From the sequence record MZ234052.1: 64,000 nt of DNA, one strand, 5' to 3'. The DNA comes from Escherichia phage vB_EcoM-PM133. Under the pieces are notes generated by a model that ran no database searches, was not told the origin of the DNA, and saw only the letters and a list, made by a program, of their open reading frames with translations. Position numbers and translations under genes: made by a program. Shown piece after piece: positions 10,283-27,065 of this stretch (position 1 is its first letter; every line of letters starts with the position of its first letter).

Positions 10283-11287
10283 ATGTTTAAAAAGTATAGC
10301 AGTCTTGAAAATCATTACAACTCTAAATTTATTGAAAAACTTTATAGCTTGGGATTGACTGGTGGGGAGTGGGTAGCTCGTGAAAAGATTCACGGCACAA
10401 ATTTCTCATTGATTATTGAGCGTGATAAAGTAACTTGCGCTAAACGCACTGGTCCTATTCTTCCTGCTGAAGATTTCTTTGGGTATGAAATTATTTTGAA
10501 GAATTACTCTGATTCCATTAAAGCAGTACAAGATATTATGGAAACTTCAGCGGTTGTATCTTATCAAGTTTTTGGCGAATTCGCTGGACCTGGCATTCAG
10601 AAGAATGTCGATTATGGCGATAAAGATTTTTATGTATTTGACATTATTGTTACTACAGAAAGTGGTGATGTGACTTATGTCGATGATTATATGATGGAAT
10701 CATTCTGCAATACATTTAAATTTAAAATGGCTCCACTTTTAGGTCGCGGTAAATTTGAAGAACTTATTAAATTGCCAAATGATTTAGATTCTGTCGTCCA
10801 GGATTATAATTTTACGGTAGACCATGCTGGATTAGTTGATGCAAATAAATGCGTTTGGAATGCTGAAGTAAAAGGCGAAGTATTTACCGCTGAAGGATAT
10901 GTATTGAAACCTTGTTATCCTTCTTGGATGCCTAATGGCAATCGCGTAGCTATCAAATGCAAGAACTCTAAATTTAGTGAAAAGAAAAAGTCTGATAAGC
11001 CTATTAAAGCTAAAGTTGAACTGTCAGAAGCTGATAACAAATTGGTTGGAATTTTAGCTTGTTACGTTACACTGAACCGAGTAAATAACGTTATTTCTAA
11101 AATTGGTGAAATTGGTCCAAAAGATTTTGGAAAGGTGATGGGGCTAACTGTTCAAGATATTTTGGAAGAAACTTCTCGTGAAGGTATTACTCTAACTCAA
11201 GCGGATAATCCTTCTTTGATTAAGAAGGAATTAGTTAAAATGGTACAAGATGTACTTCGTCCGGCTTGGATTGAATTGGTAAGTTAA
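10283..11287 (+). CDS. rnlB: RNA ligase 2 (Rnl2)
   Basis: 334-aa ORF with nucleotidyltransferase motif I KIHGTN; recalled T4 Rnl2. Confidence 0.85.
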   Translation: MFKKYSSLENHYNSKFIEKLYSLGLTGGEWVAREKIHGTNFSLIIERDKVTCAKRTGPILPAEDFFGYEIILKNYSDSIKAVQDIMETSAVVSYQVFGEFAGPGIQKNVDYGDKDFYVFDIIVTTESGDVTYVDDYMMESFCNTFKFKMAPLLGRGKFEELIKLPNDLDSVVQDYNFTVDHAGLVDANKCVWNAEVKGEVFTAEGYVLKPCYPSWMPNGNRVAIKCKNSKFSEKKKSDKPIKAKVELSEADNKLVGILACYVTLNRVNNVISKIGEIGPKDFGKVMGLTVQDILEETSREGITLTQADNPSLIKKELVKMVQDVLRPAWIELVS

Positions 11288-11291
11288 ATAA

Positions 11292-11320
11292 AAAGGGACC
11301 TTTCGGTCCCTTTGTTTTAT
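11292..11320. terminator. bidirectional terminator between rnlB (plus) and gene 24 (minus)
   Basis: Hairpin aaagggacctttcggtcccttt with U-tracts on both strands. Confidence 0.65.
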
Positions 11321-12600
11321 TCATCAATGATAATTTTTGGTAGCTTAACACCTAATAAAACAGACAAATCTGAACGACCCGCCATTTTATCCATATCTCC
11401 ACCATCAATTACTCTTGCTTCTTTTTCATCTTTTGCTACAGTGTAAGGATTTGCAGATAAAGCATATCTAACTAATAAACCGATAGATGGCTGCAAACTT
11501 TCTGGATCAACTACAACTTTAAATGCACCTACATGTTCAGGGTCATCTAAGTCAAGACCTTCTGTATACGGAGCATAGAAAATTGATCCAACAATTTCTT
11601 TTTCACCAATATTTTCTACTACGCCAACGATTACATAATCTAATGGACTGTTGGTATCGCAATAAAGCGGTAAACCATTAGCTAAGAACCCGTAGGCATT
11701 TTGTGAAAGATATTTGTCATCTTCTGGTTTATGTTTTAACCAACCTGATGCAGCAAGAATCGCAGCGGCACGAGCTGAAGCAACACAGAACGTTGCTGTA
11801 TAAGTTGATTCTTTCTGGATATGTGAAACCATTTCACACACCATTCGGTATAATGAACGACCAGCTTCAGGTGCAGATGCATAACTCAAATCAATGAATC
11901 CAGTATCAGTAATTCCTGTAACTTTATAGCGTTTTGACACTGTAATCAAAGACTGCAGAATATCTTTATTGATTTCATCTGCCATTTCAGTTGCAAGCAA
12001 ATCTTCCAAGAAATTAGGAGCATCGAATCCATTTGCTTCTAAATCTTGTGCTAATTCAACTGTGATACCAGTTTTAAGTTTACGAGATTTAACTGCGGTT
12101 TGCCATTTATTAATCTGAAATCTAGCATCCGCAATTTCACTATCAGAGCTTTCAAATTTGCTTGTTGACGCTGCGTCAGAAAATAGACGAACCTTTAAAA
12201 GAACAATTGCAATCTGAAGAGCTAATTCTAAATCGCTTTCTTCAATATCAGCAAATGGTGTATCTTCTAATACTTTATAAACGATATTATTATATTTGAA
12301 TAAATCGCCCTTATTGAGAGTTAATTTAGACTCTTCTGTTAATTCTGTGATTTGTTCTCGGTCTACATATCCAGCTTCGCCAGCATAAGTAGCACCAGTT
12401 TTAAATGTAAATTCATTGTCTGGGTTAAGGTATTTTATACCATAAAAAGCAGCAACAGGTTGATTAGTTCTTTGCGTTGCTACAATGTCAGAATATATTA
12501 ATTTAGTGGTAGCGCGAGTCAAAGCAACGAGATTTGGGCGACCGATTGAGTTGCTATTCGTTGTGGTTGATTCGCGCAGAAGTTCGTTGATTTTAGCCAT
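11317..12600 (-). CDS. 24: gp24 head vertex protein
   Basis: 427-aa ORF MAKINELLRESTTTNSNSIGRPNLVAL; gp23 paralog. Confidence 0.9.
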   Translation of the reverse strand: MAKINELLRESTTTNSNSIGRPNLVALTRATTKLIYSDIVATQRTNQPVAAFYGIKYLNPDNEFTFKTGATYAGEAGYVDREQITELTEESKLTLNKGDLFKYNNIVYKVLEDTPFADIEESDLELALQIAIVLLKVRLFSDAASTSKFESSDSEIADARFQINKWQTAVKSRKLKTGITVELAQDLEANGFDAPNFLEDLLATEMADEINKDILQSLITVSKRYKVTGITDTGFIDLSYASAPEAGRSLYRMVCEMVSHIQKESTYTATFCVASARAAAILAASGWLKHKPEDDKYLSQNAYGFLANGLPLYCDTNSPLDYVIVGVVENIGEKEIVGSIFYAPYTEGLDLDDPEHVGAFKVVVDPESLQPSIGLLVRYALSANPYTVAKDEKEARVIDGGDMDKMAGRSDLSVLLGVKLPKIIIDE

Positions 12601-12627
12601 TGCGCTTTCCTTTCAGTTTATATGATT

Positions 12628-12635
12628 TATTTATA
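12628..12635 (-). promoter_or_regulatory. late promoter TATAAATA upstream of gene 24
   Basis: Plus-strand tatttata between the gene 23 terminator and the gene 24 start. Confidence 0.6.
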
Positions 12636-12670
12636 CCATAAAAACAACTAAAGGGACCCGAAGGTCCCTT
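12636..12670 (-). terminator. rho-independent terminator after gene 23
   Basis: Minus strand reads aagggaccttcgggtccctt followed by tagttgttttt. Confidence 0.7.
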
Positions 12671-12683
12671 AAATCGTCAAAGA

Positions 12684-14249
12684 TTAGATACCTTTAACAT
12701 ATACACGGCGGAAGTAAGCGTTTTTACCAAGGCTATTCAGAATAGAAGGCATACCGCTCTGGATGCGAGAAGCCGGAGCCTGAGCAGCGGATTCTGCAAA
12801 TGGGTTGATACCGATACCGTAACGAGTTTTGAATCCCATTACCGGTTGGAAGTTCTTCGGATCGGAACCACGCAGCGGAGTCAGAGCTACATATGGAGCA
12901 TAGTAAATACCAGCATCCATTTCGTTCGGACCTTTATAACCTACGGTGAAATAATCCTGTTTAGCATACTGGTCGATATATACACGGTATTTACCACCCA
13001 GAACACCAGCAAATACTGACTTGGTAGTATCAGTGTTAAAGCCAGTAGCCAGACCTTGTGCAGCATAAGAAATGCCGGTATCAACTGAAGCCAGAACGTT
13101 AACTACGTTACGGGAAGCGATAATGAAGTTACCTTCGCCGCGACCAGTCTGACGAGCAATTTCAACTGCTTCTTTGTCAATCTGGAACAACAGAGCTTTA
13201 AAGGATTCACCCGCCCAGCGAGCACCACGAATATCGATTGGGTCCTGGAAGTCAAATACACCAGCTTTAGAACCCGGAGTCAGGGTCATACCAGATTTAC
13301 CAACCTGAGCAGAGTAGTTAATCCAATCAACAACTTCACGGTTGATTTCCAGCATAATTTCGGTAGCCAGAATACCAGACAGTTCAGCATCAGCATCCAT
13401 ACCATGAACAGCGCGAAGGTCTTGTGCTAATTCAATAGAGTAAGCAGCTTTCAGCTGACGAGATTTAGCTTCGATAACTTGCTTATCGATACGGAAGCCC
13501 ATTTCATTCCATGGGTTATCGGTAGAACCGTTAAAACCTTCCTGAAGTTCAGCGATAGAAGTAGCCATACCTTCAGCGATTTCTACCAGTACACCAGCTT
13601 CCATTTGTTTCTTAATTTCAGCATCTAATTTGTCTGCGTCAGATGCGCCTGAATCAATTTGTTTAACTTCTGTAGCTTGCAGATATACTGTACCAGTTTC
13701 CTGGAAGAAGTGAGTGTAAATAGTTCCGACTTCAAGAGTATCACTTGCTTTCAAAGCAGCGAATTTCTTAGCAGCACCCTGACCAGAGAACATTGCATCT
13801 GGACCATACATTGGGTGGAATGCTTCTTTAGCACCGGAAGCGATTGGGTCTTTACCATATACTGCGCGCAGTGCGAATACCTGGCCAGTCGGGCTGTTCA
13901 TTGGCTGAACACCACAAATATCGAAAGCAATCAGGTTAGGAATAGCACGACGTACCATACCCATAACAGCTGGGCCAATCTGAGTTACTGCTCCAGAAGT
14001 CTGACCTGCAGCGATGTTGGTAGCATTGTAACCGTGGTCACCACCGATTTCAGCTTCTGTTAAGAAAGAACCGAATGCCTGAGCAATTTTTTCGTCTTTA
14101 TATTCCGGAGCTGTCTGGAAATCTTTTTCCTGGTTTTCAAAGATTTTAGCGATAATCGCTTGTTTGCTATTAGCAATTTCCGGTAAACCTTCACCTTCCA
14201 GTAATGGCTTCCATTTGTTCAAAAGTTCAGCTTTAGTTTTGATAGTCAT
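12684..14249 (-). CDS. 23: gp23 major capsid protein
   Basis: 521-aa ORF MTIKTKAELLNKWKPLLEGEGLPEIANSKQAIIAKIFENQEKDF; matches recalled T4 gp23. Confidence 0.95.
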   Translation of the reverse strand: MTIKTKAELLNKWKPLLEGEGLPEIANSKQAIIAKIFENQEKDFQTAPEYKDEKIAQAFGSFLTEAEIGGDHGYNATNIAAGQTSGAVTQIGPAVMGMVRRAIPNLIAFDICGVQPMNSPTGQVFALRAVYGKDPIASGAKEAFHPMYGPDAMFSGQGAAKKFAALKASDTLEVGTIYTHFFQETGTVYLQATEVKQIDSGASDADKLDAEIKKQMEAGVLVEIAEGMATSIAELQEGFNGSTDNPWNEMGFRIDKQVIEAKSRQLKAAYSIELAQDLRAVHGMDADAELSGILATEIMLEINREVVDWINYSAQVGKSGMTLTPGSKAGVFDFQDPIDIRGARWAGESFKALLFQIDKEAVEIARQTGRGEGNFIIASRNVVNVLASVDTGISYAAQGLATGFNTDTTKSVFAGVLGGKYRVYIDQYAKQDYFTVGYKGPNEMDAGIYYAPYVALTPLRGSDPKNFQPVMGFKTRYGIGINPFAESAAQAPASRIQSGMPSILNSLGKNAYFRRVYVKGI

Positions 14250-14267
14250 TTGTGTTAACCTTTAAAA

Positions 14268-15077
14268 TTAGAAACGAGATGCGACTTTCGCATATACACT
14301 TACAATATCTTCTGCACCTTGTGCAGATTTATCTTCTACAGCTTCAGTGACGAAATTCAGTCCGGCTGCTTCAGTATCAGGAGTATTTATACTCTCAGTA
14401 ATAGTGCTTTCATCTTTATTAGATTTCTTCACCATTTCTACGATTGCACTCAATTTACTTGAGAATGCATCTGAATAATCCATACCTTCGACCAGAGCAG
14501 AGACTTTTTCTTTTTGAGACTCAGTCAGATCTTTAGTACTTTCGCTCAATGCCACTTCACGCTGCACATAATTGATATATGCGTCACGCTTATTGAGTTC
14601 TTCGAACAGACGAGCTGATTCTTCTTTATGTTCTTGCAGTTCTTCTTCCATTTCAGCTACAACATCAACTGATTCTTCTGGAACAACAACGTTGTGTTCA
14701 ACGAAGAGCTCTTTCAATCCACCAAGCATGGATTCAAACAGTTCGGCTTTGATACCTTTATCTACTGCTAATTTATTTTCAGTGAGCCATTCTTTTGCAA
14801 GATGGTCAAGGAATTTAGAAGCTTGCTCAGCGATTTTCTTCTCAGCTTTTTCTTCTGCTTCTTCTTTATTTTTTTCTACTTCTTCTTCTGCTTTTTCAGC
14901 AATTTTAGCGATATGAGATTCAGCTAATTTAACGGCGTGCTGCTTGACGGTAGCTTCGAATACAGTGCCGAAAGTTTCTTTTGCTTCCGGAGAAATATTA
15001 ACTGATTCGAAAATACTATCAAGAGCAACGGAAGCATCAATTTTCTGCGCTTCGGCAATCAGTTGTTCTTTAAGCAT
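14268..15077 (-). CDS. 22: gp22 prohead core scaffold protein
   Basis: 269-aa Glu/Lys-rich coiled-coil ORF upstream of gene 23. Confidence 0.85.
   Translation of the reverse strand: MLKEQLIAEAQKIDASVALDSIFESVNISPEAKETFGTVFEATVKQHAVKLAESHIAKIAEKAEEEVEKNKEEAEEKAEKKIAEQASKFLDHLAKEWLTENKLAVDKGIKAELFESMLGGLKELFVEHNVVVPEESVDVVAEMEEELQEHKEESARLFEELNKRDAYINYVQREVALSESTKDLTESQKEKVSALVEGMDYSDAFSSKLSAIVEMVKKSNKDESTITESINTPDTEAAGLNFVTEAVEDKSAQGAEDIVSVYAKVASRF
14384..14391 (-). promoter_or_regulatory. late promoter for gene 23, inside the 3' end of gene 22
   Basis: Minus strand reads TATAAATACTCCTGATACTG, about 135 nt upstream of the gene 23 ATG. Confidence 0.55.
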
Positions 15078-15104
15078 TTTGTAGTCCTGTTGTTTAGATA
15101 ATAA

Positions 15105-15112
15105 TATTTATA
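15105..15112 (-). promoter_or_regulatory. late promoter TATAAATA upstream of gene 22
   Basis: Plus-strand tatttata 28 nt upstream of the gene 22 start. Confidence 0.55.
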
Positions 15113-15746
15113 ACGCTTTTTTCATGGCCTCTGCGAGAGCCATATAGGCGTCATCGGCACTTGTATCGGCTTCCGCCGTCTGTGATTCGGTAATTTCCTT
15201 AGGAGTTACCCATGCATCTGGAGCACTTGGACCCCATACTGCATCAACACCTACAGTTAATTTGAATCCTTCGTTTACGATACGATAACCTTTATTTGTG
15301 TCAGTCAATGAACCTAATCCACGAGAAGAAACTCCTGGAATCCATCCGGCACGAATATTAGCTGCTAATTTATCTCCAGGACCGTGGTCACCTTCAATAA
15401 CACGAGCTCGTCCGTATACGTCATTTCCTTTCCACCACATATCTTCTATAATGATAGCGGCTTGCATCGGGTCAACATTAGCGCGTGGAGGATGATTTAA
15501 TTCTCCGAGAGCTTGTTTAGTTAAAACTTGCTCATTAATATAGTCTTTTACCGCTTTTTCTAATATACGTTTTGGATAAAGACGTTTATTTCTATTGACG
15601 ACTTCCGCTTGCATGAATATTCCTTCGATGTATAAACCCGGTTTTAAACCTAAGTCTTTTCCATCATGAGATTCAAGCATTGGTACGCCATCAATAATTT
15701 CGCCAGGTTGACCCCAAGTTTCAATTAGTAATTGGGGTTCATTCAT
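15108..15746 (-). CDS. 21: gp21 prohead core protease
   Basis: 212-aa ORF between 68 and 22; length and order as T4 gp21. Confidence 0.85.
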   Translation of the reverse strand: MNEPQLLIETWGQPGEIIDGVPMLESHDGKDLGLKPGLYIEGIFMQAEVVNRNKRLYPKRILEKAVKDYINEQVLTKQALGELNHPPRANVDPMQAAIIIEDMWWKGNDVYGRARVIEGDHGPGDKLAANIRAGWIPGVSSRGLGSLTDTNKGYRIVNEGFKLTVGVDAVWGPSAPDAWVTPKEITESQTAEADTSADDAYMALAEAMKKAL

Positions 15747-16171
15747 TAGCTTAATCCTAATGCTTTACGGCGTTTAAGAGCTTTTTTACGCTTACGCTGA
15801 GCACGAGATTGACCTGCTGGATTGGCAATCTTCGTTTTGGTAGCTTTACGAGCAATTTGTCTACGTTTTGCTTTAGACAACCCGGTAGTTTGAAATGCAT
15901 TACGTTCGCGGGTTTTGCGATCTTTAGTGCGAGTAATTTCACCACGGGCAGAAACATGTTTAACGATAAATTCATTTAACGGCATATTTTCATTAATAGA
16001 AGCTAATGCAACCGCTAAATCAGTTTCATCATCAAGCATATTCTCGACAATTGTATTTATATCGTCTTTATTTAAAGCAGAAGACAATTCGTCAAAGCGA
16101 CCCTGTGCTTCAGGAATAAGTGCTTCGACATTCTCGAGAACTAATTCATGAGTTTCAGGGATCAGAAGCAT
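15746..16171 (-). CDS. 68: gp68 prohead core protein
   Basis: 141-aa ORF with basic C-terminus; position between 67 and 21. Confidence 0.7.
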
Positions 16172-16409
16172 TATTCATCATCCTCGTCTTCGTCAGAGTC
16201 TTTGTCTTTTTTGTCGTCTTTATCATCACTATCTTCGTCTTCGTCATCATCCTCGTCATCAGGTTCTTCACCTTCGATTAAGAAATTACGAGCGATAGCG
16301 ATTTTTTCTTCTTTAATTAAATCAGTCGTTCTTGCAGCCATGGCTTCAGCAAATAATTTACGAGCGGCTACGAGGTCGTTTGATTTAATAGCTTCAATTA
16401 AACCTTCCA

Positions 16410-16410
<1 letters not shown>
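16171..16410 (-). CDS. 67: gp67 prohead core protein
   Basis: 79-aa ORF with poly-Asp/Glu tail; position after gene 20. Confidence 0.7.
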
Positions 16411-18035
<1,625 letters not shown>

Positions 18036-18067
18036 TTAAGCAGGATGGGGATTTCTCCCCATTCATT

Positions 18068-18559
18068 TTATTCCCAATAATCGAGAGCAAGAGTTACTTC
18101 AAAGGTTTGGATTTCATTGTTTGAATCCCAATCTAATTGAAGTTCACCCACGTTAGTAGGCCACAGACCTTTAATTTCAATTTCTTTTGTTACTGTTTTA
18201 GCATCACGAGCATATTGACGAACAATAGCGCTCTTTTTATACTCTGCAGGTTTTCCACCAGTAATTTCGTTTCCTTGACCAGCAGCAATGCTTTGCCAAT
18301 CAACAAACTTCTGGCGAGCATCATGAGCTTCATCGTTCATTACTGTAACAGTCCAGTCATCGAATGTACGATCGCCTGCTACGTTAATTTTACGGTTCAT
18401 AAATCCAACTGGAATTTTTTCTACAATACCAGCTGGTAAAGCAGTGGCTTTACATTGGAATGTAAAATTTTGTCCAAGATAAGAAATTTCTACTTGGAAT
18501 AAGTTAGGTCGAGCAAAATCACCAGATTCAAACGCTCGTGTTACATCATCTACAAACAT
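18068..18559 (-). CDS. 19: gp19 tail tube protein
   Basis: 163-aa ORF MFVDDVTRAFESGDFARPNLFQVEISYLG; recalled T4 gp19. Confidence 0.95.
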   Translation of the reverse strand: MFVDDVTRAFESGDFARPNLFQVEISYLGQNFTFQCKATALPAGIVEKIPVGFMNRKINVAGDRTFDDWTVTVMNDEAHDARQKFVDWQSIAAGQGNEITGGKPAEYKKSAIVRQYARDAKTVTKEIEIKGLWPTNVGELQLDWDSNNEIQTFEVTLALDYWE

Positions 18560-18573
18560 ATTAGCCTCTGTAG

Positions 18574-18581
18574 TATTTATA
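18574..18581 (-). promoter_or_regulatory. late promoter TATAAATA upstream of gene 19
   Basis: Plus-strand tatttata 15 nt upstream of the gene 19 start; a second copy lies at 18633-18640. Confidence 0.55.
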
Positions 18582-18641
18582 TCCCTATGTTTAACCTAGG
18601 GCATATAGAATTAAAGAATTAAGGATATAGTGTATTTATAT

Positions 18642-18663
18642 GGCCTGCCGAAACAGGCCTTTA
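18642..18663 (-). terminator. RNA hairpin after gene 18 (partial terminator or stability element)
   Basis: ggcctgccgaaacaggcc stem-loop between the gene 18 stop and the gene 19 late promoter; no clear U-tract. Confidence 0.35.
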
Positions 18664-18675
18664 GAATGCACCGTA

Positions 18676-20655
18676 TTAACCAGCAAGACCAGTTAACTCA
18701 TCGAAATCTGCACCAGTAGCAGTTGCGACGAAATTCAAAGTAATATAATTTATACTGCGCGCCGGTTGAATATAGAATGTTGCAACAAACTCATTTCTAT
18801 CAATTACTGACGGAGTGTTATTTGTTGTATCGCAAACTACACGATATTCATAAATTCCACCGAGAGCTTTAATTCCCTGTAAGTATTGGGCAGTTTCTGT
18901 GCGGAATGATGAACGAGTAAACGCGTTGTTTAATTCGAACAAACGATATTTTGAACTACGTCCGATATTCGTTTTCAACATATTAAACAGACGACGAACG
19001 TTAATACGATCAAATGGAGAAGGAACAGAAGTAGCTGTTTTATCACCATACAATACGTAACCATCACCACCTGTACCAGTTACTGGGTTGATAGCTTCTT
19101 GATATAAACGGTCGCGCTGAGCTTGGCGAGTTTCAATAGCAAGTTTAATAACGTTAAGAATCTGACCACGATTATAACCAGCTGGAGACATCCAAGTCTG
19201 AGAAACGTTATCAGTTCTCGCGCATAAACCGGCAATATCAGCTGCTAATGGAACCCAACGATTCACATCATTATATTTGTCATACTGATATTTGTAGTTG
19301 CCGTCGATTGCTGCATAGGTTGAACTGATATTAAAGTTATTATCAGTGTATGAACCTGCCGCAGTTCTCCAGTTAACTAAATTATCTACTGCACGAGTTA
19401 CAGGAATTCCAACAACAGTTTCACGCGGTGGTGAGCACAATACTAAGCAATCTTGGCGAGCATCTCCAATTGAAACGACGTGTTTTTGGACAGTAGATGC
19501 TGTTTCTAAAGATTCACCGGCACAAGAACCCGCAATAAACAACTGAACGTCAACAGATTCGCGGTCAGCAAAGAAGTCCCAAGCTTCCATCAAATCTCCT
19601 GCTGTTACTTCAGCATTTGATGATAATCCACCGGACAGAGTTAAAATTCCAGAGAAGCCTTCTGGCCAGTTTTGCGCAGTTGCGAAAATATATTCTGAAC
19701 CACCTTTTGCGAAAAAGTCATCAATATAGATGTTACTATCGTAAATATCTTTTTCACCACGCTTAGTTGAAAGAACAACGCTTTGAACAATAGCATCATT
19801 TCGACGAACTATAATAGCGTACTGTGAGTCAGTCTGCGGCCCATATCCAAATACTGCCTTGGCAGTAGATGCACGAGTACCACCACCTGGATAAATTGGC
19901 AGTAATGCAGAAGCGCCTTTCGCATAGTCAGCTTTAGATACGATTTCAATTTCAATTTTATCGCCTAATTCGCCTGGATAGAGAGCTACTACTCCTGGAA
20001 TTCCATATTTTTCAAGATTTGCTTGAAAGTCAACCGCTGTCATAGCAGCTTCAGCATTTTCAATTTCAGCTAATAAAATACCAGAATCAGTAATAATTTT
20101 TCCAAGAGTTATTACTGCAGCTAAACCGGAAGAAGATGAAGAAATTTCTGCAGTCCAGTTAGAACCTAATGTTGGGTATTCGCCAACTTCTTTAGCTTTA
20201 GCAATAATTTTTGCAGTAGGAATATTAATTTTCTTAATTTTTCCATCAGCATCTACTTCGGTAATTTTACCTTCTGTTTCAACATCTTCTGAAACATATT
20301 TGACCGTGATTTTATCTCCAACCGCGTAGTTACTACCTGGGGTAGAAATTGTGTATTCAATATTACCAGCAATCGGAGATGAGTTTTTAGCGGTATCTCT
20401 ATCGACAGCGCGCACAACTCGCAAATCATTTCCATATTGTAAGAAATTCATTGCAGACATAAAATAGTCAGCAGTTTCAGCTGTAGGTTGACCAAAAGTA
20501 TTAACTAAATCTACTTCGTTTGTAACCTGTTTAATCTGAAAAGCAGGACCCCACTGGAATTTACCGGCCAAAGCTGCTGTACCAGTAGAGTTATTAACCA
20601 CGGTGCTTTGAACCGTAGTTTCTTTGAGCTCAATGCCCGGAGATAATAAAGTCAT
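18676..20655 (-). CDS. 18: gp18 contractile tail sheath protein
   Basis: 659-aa ORF; length and order as T4 gp18. Confidence 0.95.
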   Translation of the reverse strand: MTLLSPGIELKETTVQSTVVNNSTGTAALAGKFQWGPAFQIKQVTNEVDLVNTFGQPTAETADYFMSAMNFLQYGNDLRVVRAVDRDTAKNSSPIAGNIEYTISTPGSNYAVGDKITVKYVSEDVETEGKITEVDADGKIKKINIPTAKIIAKAKEVGEYPTLGSNWTAEISSSSSGLAAVITLGKIITDSGILLAEIENAEAAMTAVDFQANLEKYGIPGVVALYPGELGDKIEIEIVSKADYAKGASALLPIYPGGGTRASTAKAVFGYGPQTDSQYAIIVRRNDAIVQSVVLSTKRGEKDIYDSNIYIDDFFAKGGSEYIFATAQNWPEGFSGILTLSGGLSSNAEVTAGDLMEAWDFFADRESVDVQLFIAGSCAGESLETASTVQKHVVSIGDARQDCLVLCSPPRETVVGIPVTRAVDNLVNWRTAAGSYTDNNFNISSTYAAIDGNYKYQYDKYNDVNRWVPLAADIAGLCARTDNVSQTWMSPAGYNRGQILNVIKLAIETRQAQRDRLYQEAINPVTGTGGDGYVLYGDKTATSVPSPFDRINVRRLFNMLKTNIGRSSKYRLFELNNAFTRSSFRTETAQYLQGIKALGGIYEYRVVCDTTNNTPSVIDRNEFVATFYIQPARSINYITLNFVATATGADFDELTGLAG

Positions 20656-20683
20656 TTTTAATCCTCTTTAATATGCTTTAATA

Positions 20684-23824
<3,141 letters not shown>

Positions 23825-23865
23825 GATTTCTCCTAATCTGGGCTTTAATTAGTTTATAATATTTA

Positions 23866-25567
<1,702 letters not shown>

Positions 25568-25598
25568 TTAAAATCCTTTGGGGCCTTGCGGCCCCATG

Positions 25599-27056
25599 TT
25601 ATGCTGGTGATAAAAAGGTAGAAAGCAATACCCATTCGCCGTCTTTACGAACGTAAGCTTGGCCATCTTTTGGAGCTTCAGGAATATAACCTGCTTCTTG
25701 TAGAGCTTGAACGCTGCTCTGTAAAGAGGATATATTGTCTTTAGCTGTATTTACTTCATGCGTGACTGCCGCAATGTTGGTTTCATTCGTTTTTATAGAA
25801 TTAGTTAATCCTCGTTCTTCAACAGTTGATCCGTCAGGATTATTTCCATTTATAAGTGAAGTAAGTTCAATAACTTGACCTTTAATTCCTGTTCTATTAT
25901 TTCCTATTTCAACTTGTATATTTTGAACATTATTGTTTAAAACTGAAACTTCTCCTTCAAGCACTGAAACTTTATTTAATAGAGATCCAGAAGGAGACGG
26001 TTGTCCTCCGCTGGAGTCAGTTCCAACAATTTGATTTAACCACGAAACATTCGCTCTTAAACCAGACGAAGTGTTTTCACCAACAATTCCGTTTAAAGAC
26101 TCAATAGAAGTTGTGTGATTTTTAATTTTTCCTTTAATACTAGAAGGAATATCATCTGAACCTATAGAAGTTTCAATAGCCGTTAAGCGCTGTTTAACAC
26201 CTTCACTCTGATTTAATTCATTATTAATAGCTTCAATGCTACTTTTGTTATTATTAATTTCTGTTATTATAGAAACATTTTCTGGGTATCCAATAGAAGA
26301 TTTAATTTCTGCTATATCAGAATTTATTAAAGTTTGTTTATCATCTATAGTGTTTAATCTATTATAAATATTTGGCCCAAAATCTACTGGTTTATTACCA
26401 AGTTCATCACGTAATTTACCAACTTCAACAGTTAATGATCCTACGTCAGATTCAGTAAATTTATTTTCTAATTCGCTTAAACGAATGCCTTGTGAAGATA
26501 ATAATGTACTATTTGTTATTATTCTGTGTTTCATTCCTGTGCTAGCATTACCAACAACAGGAAGACCGTTAATGTCTTGGCCAGAATATTGTCCTAATTC
26601 CTGTTTAATCCACAATAAATCATTTCTAATTGTTCTATAAACAGAGTTTTCTTCATCATTAAATGGACCTATATCAGCAATAATTTTGTCAACTGTATTA
26701 TTAGTTCCAGTTAATATATCAGTGTGTTCACTGGTAAGTGTCTTTAAATTCGATATGTCATTTTTATTAACACTGATCTGCGATAGTGCTTCTATATCTC
26801 CTGATACATCTAAAACTCCTTGAATTGTTTTAATATCTTTCTGTGATGTTTCAATGGCAGTTTTAAGAATTCCCACATTTTCATCAAGAACTTCGACGTT
26901 TTTAAACACGGAAACAATTGGTCTATTCATTGATCCATCATTTCCATACTTAGTACTAGCTCCTAATATTTCTTCACCATTTTTAATCCATGAAATACGT
27001 TCCTGACCTTCGTCAGGAACGCTATCAACAAAAGGTAACTCTTTTAATTCAATCAT
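25599..27056 (-). CDS. wac: fibritin (whisker antigen control)
   Basis: 485-aa coiled-coil ORF ending in the foldon [27 protein letters not shown]. Confidence 0.9.
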   Translation of the reverse strand: MIELKELPFVDSVPDEGQERISWIKNGEEILGASTKYGNDGSMNRPIVSVFKNVEVLDENVGILKTAIETSQKDIKTIQGVLDVSGDIEALSQISVNKNDISNLKTLTSEHTDILTGTNNTVDKIIADIGPFNDEENSVYRTIRNDLLWIKQELGQYSGQDINGLPVVGNASTGMKHRIITNSTLLSSQGIRLSELENKFTESDVGSLTVEVGKLRDELGNKPVDFGPNIYNRLNTIDDKQTLINSDIAEIKSSIGYPENVSIITEINNNKSSIEAINNELNQSEGVKQRLTAIETSIGSDDIPSSIKGKIKNHTTSIESLNGIVGENTSSGLRANVSWLNQIVGTDSSGGQPSPSGSLLNKVSVLEGEVSVLNNNVQNIQVEIGNNRTGIKGQVIELTSLINGNNPDGSTVEERGLTNSIKTNETNIAAVTHEVNTAKDNISSLQSSVQALQEAGYIPEAPKDGQAYVRKDGEWVLLSTFLSPA

Positions 27057-27065
27057 TTGTAATCC

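Noticed and set aside
12601-12683. Homing endonuclease or intron insertions (segD between 23 and 24, segB in the tRNA region, mobD near rI)
   Set aside because: No GIY-YIG or HNH motif ORFs and no group I intron-sized interruptions were found; the intergenic regions hold only promoters and terminators.
14572-14916. 114-aa Ser-rich plus-strand ORF inside gene 22
   Set aside because: Antisense to the Glu/Lys-rich scaffold gene; compositional artifact.
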